Origin: Eledone cirrhosa
Taxonomy: Eukaryota
Length of the DNA stretch: 64,000 bases
Assembly: GCA_964016885.1 (NCBI GenBank)
Contig: OZ024743.1
Coordinates: forward strand, 8,618,001 to 8,682,000
Reading direction: 5' to 3'
The position numbers and the translations under genes are program-made. The notes beneath the pieces are model-generated. The model was not told the origin of the DNA and did no database searches. It saw only the letters and a program-made list of their open reading frames with translations. Every line of letters begins with the position of its first letter. Within the stretch, counting starts at the first letter, position 1. Of the stretch, positions 24,868 to 38,750 are shown one piece after another.

Positions 24868-25266
24868 TCATCGTTTTTATGTCCGTTCTTCCACGCTATC
24901 ATTGGTTAGATGGGTTGTTCTGTTGTGGGCAGTGTCCGGTCGGCTGACCTTGTCTTGCTCATACGGGAACTGATTCTGGCTTGATTTCTACAGCTGGATG
25001 CCCTTCCTAACACCAACCTCATTTACAGCGAGTGCTGGCTGGGTACTTTTTTTCCATGGCACCTACACGTCCACTTTACAGTGTGGGCTGGGTGCTTTGC
25101 AGTGGAATGATAGGGACCCCAGTCCTATCATCTCATTTCTACAGCTGACTGGAGCAATGTGAAATAAAGTGTCTTGCTCAAGGAAACAACACATCACCTG
25201 GTCCGAGTATTGAACTCTCAACCTTTTGATTGCAAGCTCAATGCTCTAACCACTAAGCCATGCACC
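24864..25266 (-). mobile_element. tRNA-headed SINE with RTE-derived 3' tail, inserted in (TA)n
   Basis: Reverse complement has A-box TGGCTTAGTGG, B-box GAGTTCAATAC and the RTE 3'UTR tail. (TA)nTCAT on both flanks. Confidence 0.85.
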
Positions 25267-26699
25267 TATATATATATATATATCATTGTTTCTGAGGAAA
25301 ACAGTGAGATGGGTGTGTTCTATCAAGACTAATAATAACTGCTATCAATTAGTCAATATACCAATATTATCATGGTTCCCCCCCCCCCCTGAAACGATTG
25401 TAAAACAATGAACTAATTAAGCACTGGGCCTTGCCTATATATAAATATATATATATATATATATCGGTTCTGCATGACATGGTCACCTGACCTGGTATTG
25501 CTCACAACAGGATAACTCGTCTAACCCATGCCAAAGTAAAAAAATGGACGTTAAACGGTGATGATGATGATGATATGATGATTATATATATAAACATCTA
25601 AATGTACATTTTTGATTGTGTAATATAATTGCTTGGTTAAAATGGTTAATCTTTCAGGGCTCATATAGGCTTAATTCCTATTTTTGAAATATTATGCAAA
25701 TGAGAAAAATCACACCACTGGAGAGGGTGTCAGCCTATTTCTGGTAATTCATCCAAATGATCTAGTAAGTATATCCTACTGCTAAATGAAATGGGGCTAA
25801 ATAAAATAGGACACAGAATACTGGCAGTATGTCAGAATCAGGTCTCATGATTTCCATATGGAGAATATCACTTTTTCAATAATTATAGCATGTTATGTAA
25901 TCCATCCCCAAAATGCTGCAATGGAGTTTGATGGTGAAAGTAAGTTTCACTACACTGACTAACATTGATATTTCTCAAGATGGCATTCAGGAATATGCAA
26001 ACAAGTTTGACTATGATAATGGATTGTTGACCGAGATGCTCTAAAGAAGCAAAACTAACAATGATCAACATGGTAAATAGTGTAGTTTATGGCTAGCTTT
26101 CAATAACTAGATATTAAATCCTCTCTAACAGTGATGTGTATTTCATCAGTTATAATATAAAGCTAAAAATAGAAAAATGTTTATAACCTCTAAATAGATA
26201 AAAATTTAACATTTCAATAATCAATTATAATTAAACACACACGAAGAATGTTACATCTACAAACAAATATTACTACATCCATACAATACAAAAAAAAACA
26301 CAACTAAAAGCATCTTATTCCTTATAAATGCATCACCTTTCTAAGTGTCCATAATTTTTAAAATAGCTAAAATGTAAGCAGAAAAGGTGAGTTTATAATA
26401 TCGAGTGAAAACTTCTGTCCTTAACTATACAAAATAGAACTATGGCTTGTGATAGATGGGCTACATAAAGAAAATAGTTGTGATTGACAAGCTTTACTCA
26501 CAAATACACATGAAAACATTTACTCACAACTAAGCTCCGAGTTCTGTCCTCCTTATCTCTATTGTTGGTGGTGGTGATACTACTGCTTAAAATTTGTTTA
26601 TTGTATGCCTCAGATTATGTGTTACATCTGATTTTTTTTCTCTTTATCTAATCCATAAACATTTTGTTTAATACTTCATAAGAAAAAAAAAATCTCTTT

Positions 26700-27180
26700 C
26701 AAATTTGTGCACCGTTTTACCAGCACAGTATGTCACCAGTCCTCACAATATTATCTCTTGTGAAGTTCAGTTTCTTCAGGTCAGCCCCCACACTTCATCT
26801 CATATTGTCCTGGGTCTGCCTCAATCATAAGCTCTCTCCACAGAGATTTCTCTGCATATCTTTATACAGCTGTCATCTTCCATACACATCAGTCTTTTCT
26901 CTTGCACACTACATCCATTTTTTCTTATGTAATATTTTTCTCCCAGCTCCTTTATACTACATTGTTCATGCACACTAGCATTACATATATATCAGAGCAT
27001 ATTCACTTTATTTATTTCTAGTGTTCTCATGTCTTCTGCAGTCAGGACCCATGTCTAACTGCCATGTAGCATTACAGTTCGCATAGTCTACCCTTCACTC
27101 AGAAAGAGTTCTTTGTTGTAAGCAAATGCACCAATTCTCTAAACTTCTAGCCTGTTCTTATCCTAGTTATCACACTGTAT
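26700..27180 (-). mobile_element. Old decayed RTE fragment
   Basis: Remnant RIRTG..KFREL and HGS.TW motifs on the minus strand. Confidence 0.6.
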
Positions 27181-28119
27181 TAAAAATCCATTGTAAGAGG
27201 GGAGAATAGAGTAGCACCCTATCAAAAATGTTAATAATATCAAAATATCACTTAAAGCAAGTACAAAAGTTTTCCAAAATATGTAGATAATTTAAAGCAA
27301 AAATGAATGGGAAAAAGATCAAAATGGCGAGGTATTTCAAATAATGAGAATTTAAATAAATTACTAAAATCTAAATATATTAAAAAATGTCATTCATATA
27401 AACTAAAAAGAAAAAATAGTTTATCTAAATTATTCTGTGCTATCAAAAAAAAAAAAAAAAAAAAGATCAAATATCAAGTAGATTTTAATCAATCTTCTTA
27501 CTAAAGACTAAAAGTTCTATATTGTCTTAGTCATTAAAATTCATAATGTAGAAAATATTTAATTTTTGCTTGAATAGAATTTTTGCATACACCTGAATTA
27601 TGAGAAATAAAATAAAAATATTAATAACATAGCAAGCCAGTACCTTCTCTTTCTCACTAATAATCTGAGAATAGCAACATTCTCCAAGCCAGCATATTAA
27701 CATACTGTATAAATCTACACGTCAGTTTTAGCAATCTAAAATTACTTTGAAGCAATTTACAAGCAAAACAATGTTATATAGTTTTCCTTGGTTTCACAGA
27801 TTGGAAAGATTGCCTCAGGTATGTGAATGCTTCAAAAAGTATTTAAATGTGTTCTGGTTTTATTTTTAACCTTGATATAATGGTTAAGATTAAAAGAAGT
27901 CACCTTAGCATGTAGAACTGTCAAAATGTTCTTTTTATGAAGAGCTGTCCAGAAAATGAAAACAATACTAGATACATAATATATCAAAATTATACTTTTA
28001 CTACTCTATTAACCATATCAGGTCTTAAATTTTACAGCAGGACTTATTCAATTTGAAAAATTTACATATTGGTAGCATGTTAATGTGATGTTTATGTAAA
28101 TGAATAATGATTATGAAAG

Positions 28120-28558
28120 CCCTACACCACCCTCCCACTTCTGTCCACACCACCCTGACACCATAAAGTTATGTTAGTATCACAAAAACATCCAGCCCAC
28201 ACTGTAAAATGGTCATGTAGGAGTCATGACAACAAACACCCAGCCCACACTTTAATGTGGTCATGTAGATGTCACAACAAAAAAAAAAGCACCCAGCCCA
28301 CGCTGTAAGGTGGTTGTGTAGGTGTCACGACAAAAAAGCACCCAGCCCACACAAAGTTGGTCATGTAGATGCCACGACAAAAAGCATCCAGTACACTGTA
28401 AATCTAGTTGGCATTAGGAAGGACATCCAGTTGTAGAAATCTAGCCAGAAACAATTCTATGTGAGCAAGACATGGTCACCTGACCCAACTTGCCTCTAAT
28501 GAGACAACCCGTCTAACCCATGCTAGCGTGGAAATGGATATTAGATGATGATGATGAT
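28120..28558 (+). mobile_element. RTE 3'UTR fragment with about five 50-bp repeat units
   Basis: Repeated cacccagcccacactgtaa..gtggtcatgtagatgtcac units, then the shared terminal domain and (GAT)n. Confidence 0.8.
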
Positions 28559-30899
28559 AAGACTACTGACTACATGGTCAAAAGTTCAGAGTTTGTACAG
28601 ATATGCTGTGCACAGGGCAAAGTATAGAATTGTTTACTTCCTATTTCATAGCTGAATGGACAATAATATAAATAGCACTAAATCAGTAGCTTCAATAATA
28701 CTCAAATATCCAAATTTACAAATCATATCTGTCTAGACCATCTAACAGAAATTTCAGGAATCAGTGGAAAAATTGCTTTTAGGTCAAAACATTTTAAACA
28801 TTCATTGTTTTGTTAGATTTATTTTCTTAATGTTGATTTTAAGGGTTCTTATGTTAAATCAATAAAAAAAACTTAATGTTATACAATAACTTATGCACCA
28901 ATATTCATATATATGCAGAGAAATCAAGATGGTGAACTGGTAAAAGGGAGAAATAAGAAATGGCCAAATGAGGAGGGGAGGGGACACATTTTGGTTTGCA
29001 GTCTTCACAATTTAGAAAAATTAAGTCTGTATTACTTTAAAATTTTCATTTAACAGCATTGTATAAGAATAAATGGCTATGGAGTTATGGTTCTGGTTGG
29101 ACTATTCTCCATGATGAGTCTTAGATATATAAACAGATTAGAATGCCTGTTATCATAGGCATGTTTGGTCAGAGATAACAGTTAAATAACAACTAGAAGT
29201 TTAAATTTTGCTACAGTTATTATATATGTTCTTTTATTGCCTTATATTATTTGGCTGAATATGTAAATAGAGAAAAGATCCTGTTTTTAAATTATTTTCT
29301 CTCTATAAAATGCATTAAATTCAAATTTTCCTTCCTATGTACAAAAAAAAAAAGAAAAACTATTTCATTTTTATTCAAAAACATCAAAGTTTATTCATTA
29401 GATGTTCTTCCCTGTATCAACTACAGCTATATAGAGCAACACTAATTGAGTTCATGTGAACACAAGAGAAACATTGTTTTTGAATAATAAAGCAAATGGC
29501 TCTGTATTACTTGCAGTAATTATTAATATATCCAACTTCATAACCATACTCATAAAGGAGGTTCAATTGAAAATCAAATGAGTTAGCTAGCATACCAGTT
29601 CCAGCTTGGTATCCTTTGTCTTTCTATTAAGTCGTGTATTATTGCAAGAATTTTCAAATGAAATGATTATATTTACAGAAAAGCTATACTGGCCTTTAGA
29701 AAACCTTTTCTGTAAATGTCTACATAATACTTAATCACAAGTGCTTTGCTTAAATTCTGTTCAAACCAAATATCCAGATCTTATGACACACATTTTCATT
29801 ATTGTCACCATCATTCATAAATTATTATCACATGATGGAATAGGTTGGTAAAGTTAGCAGTAAAGGATCTTTTTATGTGCCCCAACATTGTGTAAAAAGA
29901 CTGGAATTTTCATGTAACCACAACAAACTAGACACAACATGTGTCTAATAAGAATTAAATACAGTTGGCAAATGCCATCACTGTACAATGTACATGTACA
30001 CTGTATATGTACAATGATTCCTTCAGTTATTTGCCTTGTTGACCACTTCAGTTACCATTTTTTTTTTTTTTCATGTGAGAAGTCAAACTTCATCTGCCCA
30101 GAATACTTATTTCTTATATTTTTGACAAGTGCTTTCTTTGCATGTGTTATTTGATTGAAAATGTATTGAGTTGATTGAAAGTAACATTTTTTTGTAAGTT
30201 TGTCCTAATACCCCCAGAGCAGTTAAGAGTACCTACTTGTGCATTCAGCCAGCCAACTAAAATATTTACTTCCAATGCCATGTGTCTATGGCATCATGCA
30301 GTCAAAATAGAAATCTTACAGTGAATCATACAAATTTAGTTACACTGGTATAAAAATATAAAAAAGGGAAAAAAATAATGCATTCATCATCATTTTTTAA
30401 CTAAGCATTCTAATCTAGTTGACAAAGAATAATTTTATTTAAGCAGAAGGCAACTAATCTGAAATATGTAACTTGACCAGTATTGAAACTAGCATATATG
30501 CTACATATATGACTTCCCTGAAAACAGCAAAAAATATGAAATCTTACACATTTTTTATCCTGATGCAAAGGCATTGTAATTGGCTGTAAATTAGGAAATA
30601 TGCAGCAAAGACACTGAATAATCTGACACCATCAACTAATATAAACGAGAAAGTAATTTCAGAAATCATAGAGACTGCTGGGTTATTATCCAATATGATG
30701 AGTCCACAGACTATTATATTATTGGGTTGTAGATCTGATTTCTTGTGTCAAATGTCAACCCTAATGTAGAAACATATAGACTACATAGATATGCAATGTG
30801 CATGCTTTCATGTGTGTGAAGATGCTGCATCTAGGTCTCAAACCTGTTCTAAAAAAGGTTATACATTAGTGAACTTTTGTCAAATCTAGTCCTCATAAC

Positions 30900-31450
30900 A
30901 CAAGGATACGGCATTTGTTATATCATGAATTAAATGCTGAAGAAGAGCCATATTTGTTTCATGTAGAAGAGAAATGACTTTCAAGGTAGTTAAGAGTTGC
31001 AGTAATGAAAGTTTAACTGAAATAATTTTTTTCAAAGAGTCAGAAAGATAAAGCAAACAAGTTTGCAGATAAATTTCAACAACAAATGGAAAGCAAATGT
31101 AGCCTACCTGAATGCTATTTTCTCATGACAATGAAGTCAACAAAACATTTTAAGGCAATCTAACTACAATAATAGGCTTCAATGACAAATTGAAATTATT
31201 ATGGATGAAACGAGTTATGGAATGAAAAACTGAAGGTAGGATGTTATATTTTAGAGAATTAGTGAAAGCATTACACTGCTGAAATAGAGGACACCAATGA
31301 AGAATTTTGTTTTGCTATGTGATGAATTAGTTTCCTATTTTCTTGATATTGGTTAATTGGATTATCAAATCGTTTGAAATCTTTTAGAATTAATCTCAGA
31401 TTAATCCCAATCTGCAAAATGAATTTGTGAAATTTATAACTAGTCTTTGA
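30900..31450 (+). mobile_element. Possible hAT (Buster/Charlie-like) transposase relic
   Basis: LFHVEEK*LSR resembles the H.E.RWLSR motif, followed by AYLNAIF-like and KLKL-like remnants. Many lesions. Confidence 0.4.
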
Positions 31451-32047
31451 AACCTTTTCCCCTAACAGAATTCTAGTCTTTACAATATATATCTAAAAAA
31501 CAATGTGCGGAAAGCATTTGTTGTTCCCATCCACTTATTGTTGTGAACAAGGTTTTTTTCTTTTAACATTGTCTATAAGTGTATAATCAGATCTAAATTC
31601 TGTGCAATACTGTCAATTGAGACTATGTAGGTGCCTATCTTTAAAATTTATCTAGAACAGGAGTAACTTATTGGAAAGAAACAAGCTAATCTATCTCATT
31701 AAAAATGAATTAAATGAAATTATTAACATGTTTATCGTTTGTTCTACAGTATCCATATATTTTACACTATACTTCACAAGGTGTATGCCCGCACTGCCAG
31801 ACAGAATGAATTTGTAGAGTAGAAGAAAAAGTTATAGAACCACTGCTTTACAACATTTCTCTGGTGATGTTTCTGTTAGTAACTTTGATCTTGCGATCCA
31901 TAAAGTAAAAATAACAGTTTTAATATTTTACTTCATTAGAATATTTACTTTTAATTTATTCCCTCACTCAATTTGTTTATTAACATCTTTCTTATTAAAT
32001 TTCAATAGACCAAATATTACACACTTATAAACAAATATACATATACA

Positions 32048-32210
32048 AATAATTGTTTCTGCTTTTGGCACAAGGCCAGAAATTATCCTAGTGCATTACT
32101 GGTACTTTATTTTAACCCCCGTAAGGATGAAAGGCAAAGTTAACCTCAGCATAACATTATGCTGCAAAGCATTACATCTGACCCTCTACCAATACTGCCA
32201 ATCCACCACC
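32048..32210 (-). mobile_element. Nin/Deu-core SINE with internal deletion
   Basis: Matches 16700-16886. TSD caaataat. Confidence 0.8.
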
Positions 32211-32269
32211 CAAATAATACCACCCTTCATTCCTCTGCCAAGTGTTATTGATATGCAACTTTATACTAA

Positions 32270-32880
32270 ATCTGCACTAACTTCAAGAAGAGAGGCCTCG
32301 ACAGCATCTTTCAATGGGTTCACGCCAAAGTTTCCTTCAACAGCCCAAAACACAATCACAATACATCAAAAAAGGAATATTGTATCCACCCCACTATCCA
32401 CAAATATGAATAACATCCAATTAGAATCATCAAAATATTCAAAAACTGCATCACAAAGACTGGCTTCCATATTCAGCTCACAACAACTAATACTTTACAA
32501 AGTTTAGGTAAAACTCAATGAAATACTTATCTCATATCTAGGATGGTGCTGCTGCACTCAAATATCTTATACTACATCCAGAGAAGAGCCATTCAATTGA
32601 CTGACATGAAGTTGCTTACCATTACACTCCTACTTCTGGCCCACAGAAGTCCTATTTCTTCTCTCTGCTTTTTCTATTTATTCTACATTGTCTTCTCTTC
32701 CTCATCACCTATATTGTGTTCACCCTTCCAAGCCCTTCACTTACCACTATGCCAAGTCTCCTCTACACCAGAACATCAACCATTAGAAATTCCATCACTA
32801 CACAAGTTTTTCTTGCAATTATTCAAGAGAAATGTCTACTGCAGTTTCATCAGTCATGACAGCTATAGGCCCTCACCTCC
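32270..32880 (+). mobile_element. Decayed CR1-group LINE 3' fragment
   Basis: QQLILYKV, YIQRRAIQL and LAHR remnants resemble the 3' part of the 7.9-10 kb element. Confidence 0.6.
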
Positions 32881-34164
32881 AGGTCAAAACAACACACACA
32901 CACACACAGACAGTCTTTCTTCTGCCAAAGTATAAACAATTTTAAAGTTAGATATTTCAAACTTCATGTTAGCAATGTTTACTGCAGTGTTAGTAAAATA
33001 AAGTTGAACTGTCTATAAAAAACTACAGATAAAAAGAAAATGTTATATATTGGAATATAAACTTTCCTTTTAAAACAATACTCTCTGTAGACACCACCAG
33101 TACAAGTCACAAAATGATCTTTATTCAATTTATTCACAATGCAAGCTTATAACATATCAGTGGCCTACTTAACAGATGGCAAGGAATATCATGTGACCTA
33201 AGCCTAAATGGACTATTTGCCCTTCAGTGAGAACTGCCTGAAGTGATGTCTCACAAATTAGACATGATATAAATTATTCATTGTTTGATCCTCTCAGAGT
33301 AGCCAGTCTCATCAACTGTAAAAATGTAGTAATGTGTACAATGAGAGAGGGGGAGAAAAACAAACTATTTTACTTTCATAGTTACCATACAAGCAAATAG
33401 ATACACATACATACACAATTTAATGACAAAAAGGCATGAAGCATACAAAAAAATACACATCAGGCAAAATGAGAATTGAATTTTATCAAGCTTTCTAAGT
33501 TAGGCTGGAATTTGAAAAGTATGAGTGGTTTATGCAATAGTTTTTTCCCACTACACACCCAATCATGAGATTTCATCTGAATAAGTACATGTTATACAGG
33601 AAGCAGCATTTCCTTGATGTGAGCAATGAGATGGGAGTAGAGACAGGACACAATTAAGGAGTGTTTCATTAGTTTAGAATGTTAAACTAAAATCTTCTCA
33701 TGGGATAATGGACAATCTTACTCCAGTATAAAAATCATTACATGAAGATGAAAACTTTAGCAGTGGCTCATGGATATATATATATATAACATTACATACA
33801 CACAGGATTCATAGAAAATATATACACAAACAAAATATTGAGATTGTAAAGTGGACAAGCATAATTAATTCTTAACATCCTGAATGATTTCACAGAAAAT
33901 GTCTAAAAACAAGTTTGTCTTCAATGCTGTGATTTCAATAAACTCTAGTAAAGACTAATTTTTTAATGTGATGTAGTCATAATGATGTCTTGTACTTTTC
34001 AAGAATGTCTTACTAATGAGTATCATGTACATGATGCTAAAAGTTAATGTAGTAAACCAAGGAATATATTCAATACTATAATTGTCTTGATTAAATGCAA
34101 AAAATATTAAAGGGGGTTTATACAGTATATTAATTAAAAAAAACAAAAAAAAAACAACACTTAC

Positions 34165-34221
34165 CAAGGCACTTTTGCCAACACCACCACTTCCTAAAAC
34201 TACCAATTTGTACTCCCTCAT
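34165..34221 (-). CDS. Rap1: Rap1 GTPase coding exon 1 (MREYKLVVLGSGGVGKSAL)
   Basis: 57 nt. Contains the P-loop GSGGVGKS. Donor TTG|gtaagt. Acceptor ttttctag lies 14 nt upstream of the ATG (exon starts at 34235), implying an upstream exon. Confidence 0.97.
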
Positions 34222-34479
34222 TGTAGACTTATAGCCTAGAAAAAGCAATAATAGTTTATAAAATTACATTATTACAAAACATTTATAGAAATAAATTTTA
34301 TAGATAAATGAAAAAAAACAAAAAAGAAATAGTGATTGAAATGCTCATTAAAGTTTAAAGACAACCAACAGCCTTTCAATTACAGCTCTGAAATAATTTT
34401 TGAAACCAATATGGGTGTCAGACTCTACCAAGGGTGCATACTGTCACTTCTGTTCATAATCTTCATGTACAGGATTGAC

Positions 34480-35120
34480 ATGCAGTCAGGTTGAAAGTGG
34501 TAGAGACTGGTAGGTGTAGGGGAGTGGAGTTCCACTGAAGCAGATAGAGAAGTATCTGGGGGCCATGTTCATGAGTGATGGAAGGCAGAGGCTGAATTAA
34601 GAGCTGGTGCAGTAATACGCCAGCTCCATCACCAGAAGGAAGGAAGGTAGGTGTAAAAACCAAATTCACTATCTTCAATTCCTTACCTACGGTCATGAAA
34701 ACCCTTACTTATGCTCATGAGTAATGACCAAAAGAATATGATCAAGAATACAAGCAGCCAAAATGAAGTTCCCCTGACGGGTCTTTGCAGTAACATTACT
34801 CGATAGATAGAGTGCTTGGAGACCAAAGAGTTGCTCCAGGTAAAGCTGCTACTTCTCCGAATTGAGAAATTACAGCTCTGATATTATGGATATGTGGTTA
34901 GAATGGCTCAGGAATGAATCACTGGACAGATTTTACGGGCAAAACCAACAGGCAGGAGACCTAGGGGTAGATCCCAATCAAGATGGTTGGATTAGCATCC
35001 ATGAGCTGGGCTGGTCTCGCTTGGAAATCCAGCTGAATCATTTGCAGATGGTTGCTACTAACAGGACCTGCTGGAAGGAGTACTTGAGAACTCTTCCCCC
35101 ATGACCCTCCTTGGAATAAG
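34480..35120 (+). mobile_element. Decayed RTE-clade fragment (second lineage)
   Basis: KYLG..FMSDGR, TLTYAHE, SRIQAAKM and YGYVVRM remnants. Confidence 0.7.
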
Positions 35121-36408
35121 TGAGCAAATAAGTAAACATATTTCTATCAGAAACTTCAATGAAAATGGTTATCAATATGTAAAAGGTTCACAAAGAAAAT
35201 ATATTTGTGATGTTTATAGAGGTATAACTGAATCTGGAATTCAAAGTTCCACATTGATTTGGCAAGGAAATTACATTGTGGATCCATGCATATGTGAAAT
35301 ACACAGCCACTTTCATACTAATTTAACATATCTAACATTCAGTGGATCAAAGCAAAGATCTGTATTCTTAATAAAACTATCAGAGGATCCATCAATTTCT
35401 GGAAAGTTGACTTGATTTCATTCCAAATCCCACTGAAGCCATTTCACCTACCCTACTTCATTAATACTATATGCAAAGGCATATATCATCATCACCATTT
35501 AATGTCTATTTTTCAACTCTTGCATGGGTTAGACAGGTCATCCATGTTATGACAAGCCTGGCCAGTTGGCTGCGCCGTACCTCGCTCAAATGCACTATTT
35601 TGGCTGGGATTTTTTTATAGCTGGATGCTCTTCCTAACAACAACCCTGTTTACAGTGTGGAACTGGGTGGCACTGTTATGAGGAGGATCTGGCCAGTTGG
35701 CTGCAGTGTAGCCTGCTCACAGAGGGACCATATTTTGGGAGCCGGGTGGTCCCATTATGAGGGAGGCCTGGAACTAATTATTTTACCACCCCTAAAACTA
35801 AGTGTCATACTCACTCTCAGGTCTCAAATAATCTCTCCCTACCCCCAATTTTTCTGATGTCAATGATATTTTAAGCAAGTGTTTTCTTAGATTGGCCAAT
35901 AGAATTTGACAGACAGAAATGATGGAACCTAGTCATATATAATTTATATTCAAGGCATTACTGGTTTCAGTCATTAGGCTGTGGTAATGATGGGGCACAG
36001 CCTTGAAGAGGTTTAGATGATCATAACAATCCCAGTATGTGACATAAACAATAAACATAAGTGATACATATACATATGCACATAATATGTGTGTGTGTAG
36101 AGAGAGAGAGGGGGGGCTGGGAGAGATGTGAAGAAAGAAAGAAGCTAGGAGAGATTTTATTTAGGGCTGATTCTTTTTTTTTTTTTTGCGAGTCAATAAG
36201 GAGTTTTATAGATATATGGATGCAATGAATAAGAAGCCCCCACCCCTTCCTAAAAAAAAATACTTTTTGAATAAAGTCATTTCCAATATTTGCTCTGAAC
36301 TGAGTTAAAGCCACACCCTTGTCAGTCTGACTGAAGGAAATTCGGTGAATCAGTGATTTGTACATTAGAAACATGTAGCCAATGACGTTAATTTTCATAA
36401 ATTACTAT

Positions 36409-38395
36409 ATAATAATAATGAAATTATTGTGTACAGTGCTCAGGTACACTACAACTCATCAAATGTGCATGTATGGTACATAGAATAATATACAAATGTC
36501 AGGGAAGTGAATAGTGTACGAGTCATGATATACATGTGTGCGTGTATGGAGGGGGGATATTAGGTGTAGTGTTGGCGAATCTCAGGAAGTATGGGGGTTT
36601 TAAAGGATGCAGCGTCTCGGCAGCTAGTTTGTTCCATGCTCAGCAACTCTGAGCATGAAAAAATGTTTCCGAAAGTCATGGGAACTGTGCTGTTTTCTGA
36701 CTTTGTTGGTATGCCCACGTGTGTTAGACAGATGGAAATCAAAAAGGTACTCAGGGTTGTTGTTGGCAAGATGGTTAACAATTTTGTGGGTGTTTACCAA
36801 GTCAGTTGCCAGATTGGATCTTCAATGTATCCATGCCCAAGGAAACAAGACGTTCAGAGTATGGTAGATGCCTGATGGAGGGTATTCGCTCGGTTGCACG
36901 TCTCTGAACAGTTTCCAGGCGGTCAATGTTCTGAGCAAGATAAGGGTTCCAGACTGGTGATGCAAATTCTAAGTGTGGCCGCACCATAGCTATATACAGC
37001 TTTAAATAGATAGCTGGAGAGCGGCTGACAAAGGTCGTGCTGAGTGATGCTAAGACATCCTCGGCCTTCTTGACAATTTTAGAGATGTGCTTCGTCCAAT
37101 GCAAATCGTTGCTGACAGTAATGCCCAGGTCATGTTCACAAGAAGACTTCTTGATATTAGTGTTGTGGAGGGAGTATGTGGGCACTGGGTTTTTACTCCC
37201 TAAATGTATGGTGGAACACTTGTCCGCAGCCAGCTTGAGTTGCCAGTCTGATCCATCTCATATGGTGAGGAATGCTGTCCTAGAACCGTGACTACCTCTT
37301 TTCGATTGAGAATGAAGGACTTCAACCAGTTAAAAAGATCATCCTTCACACCCATTGCAGAGAGTTTTGCCATAAGTCTTTTGTGTGACACAGAATTGAA
37401 AACTTTAGCAAAATCAAGGTAAACAACATCCACCCATGAGCCGCCATCAGTGATCCGGGTGATGTTTTCAAGAAACTCAATAAGTTGATCACAGCAGCTG
37501 GAGTTAGGGATTGTGAATGCTGGATAAGACTGTGAGAGTTCCAGAAGTTCCAAAGTGATTCTCTGACACAGGATTCCATCAGTTTGGCAATGCAGCTAGT
37601 AAGACTGACTGGACGATAGTTCACAGGTGATGTGCAGTCACCCTTTTTAAACAGAGGAATGACACTGGCAGTTTTCCACTGTTCTAGAGTAGCACCGTTG
37701 TTCAGACAGAATTGGAAGAAGCGTGATAGCTGGTGCAGAAGAAAGTACCCACCACGTTTGAGAAGCAGGTACGTAACACTATCAAGACCAGGAGAGGCAT
37801 GGTTGCGTTTATTTTTAAGGTGACATCGCAGCATTGCAGGTGTAAATTCCATAGTTGTAATAGAGTCCGATATCAGAGGTGGTGGAGACGGTACACTCTG
37901 GTCTTCAATAGTGAAAATGCCTGCATAGCATTCAGCAATGAGCTCTGTGCATTCCTTGGGGTCGTCAGTAACCTGGCTTGTGTGGGGATTGCGAAGAGGA
38001 CCAACTGGAGAGTGAGGCCTCTGCTTTGAGTGAACATACTTCCAGATCACCTTACTGTCAGGGTTGGTTGCTATGCGCTGCTCAAATTCAAGCACTGCCT
38101 TTTTTGTCACCTGCTTGAGATGGTTGGATGATTTATTTCGCTTTTTCCTATTGCTATCTGATTTATGCAGTTTGTACTCACGTTCAGCATTATAACATTC
38201 TTTCCTGGCAAGACGGACTGCTGCAGTCTCCCAAATTGCACTTTTGGGATGGTTTTTCTGCTTACGTGGCACCGATGCTGCACATGTCCATATTGAGTTC
38301 AGGATCTTCTGAAGTACAGTGTTGACATCTCAGAGTCGTAAAACTCAAGCCAGTTTGGACATTGCAGCTCGGTGCAGTAATAGTTCCAGTCTGTT
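36409..38395 (-). mobile_element. CR1-group LINE ORF2 relic with (ATT)n tail and RT core deletion
   Basis: NYRPVSLTSCIAKLMES, YLDFAKVFNSV, DLGITVSNDLHW, VRPHLEFASPVWNPY and LETVQRRAT motifs. The QGSVL/YADD block is missing near 37260. Confidence 0.9.
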
Positions 38396-38412
38396 AAATA
38401 TCTAGTCTATAA

Positions 38413-38750
38413 GGAGGCACATGGCTTAGTGGTTAGAGCATTGGCCTTGCAATCGAAAGGTTGTGAGTTCAATTCTCGGACCGGGTGATGTGTTGTTTCC
38501 TTGAGCAAGAGACTTTATTTCACATTACTCCAGTTTACTCAGCTGTAGAAATGAGATGATAGGGACTGGGGTCTATCATTCCACTGCAAAGTGGTCGTGG
38601 AGGTGCCACGGCAAAAAAGCACCCAGCACTCACTGTAAATGAGGTTGGTGTTAGGAAGGGCATGCAGCTGTAGAAATCATGCCAGAATCAGTTCCCGTCC
38701 CACCCTTGCAAGCAGGGAAAAGCGGACGTAAAATGAAATGATGATGATGA
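38413..38750 (+). mobile_element. Full-length tRNA-headed SINE with RTE-derived tail
   Basis: A-box TGGCTTAGTGG, B-box GAGTTCAATTC, central tccttgagcaag..ctttatttcac domain and (GAT)n. TSD taaatatctag (38395-38405, 38751-38761). Confidence 0.9.

Noticed and set aside
33955-34248. ORF-track Rap1 fragments with novel extensions (also 14930-15184 and 16408-16635)
   Set aside because: They read through introns. Canonical splice sites bound the true exons.
38413-38490. tRNA gene
   Set aside because: A/B boxes are present but the sequence runs into a SINE core and tail, with TSDs and multiple dispersed copies.
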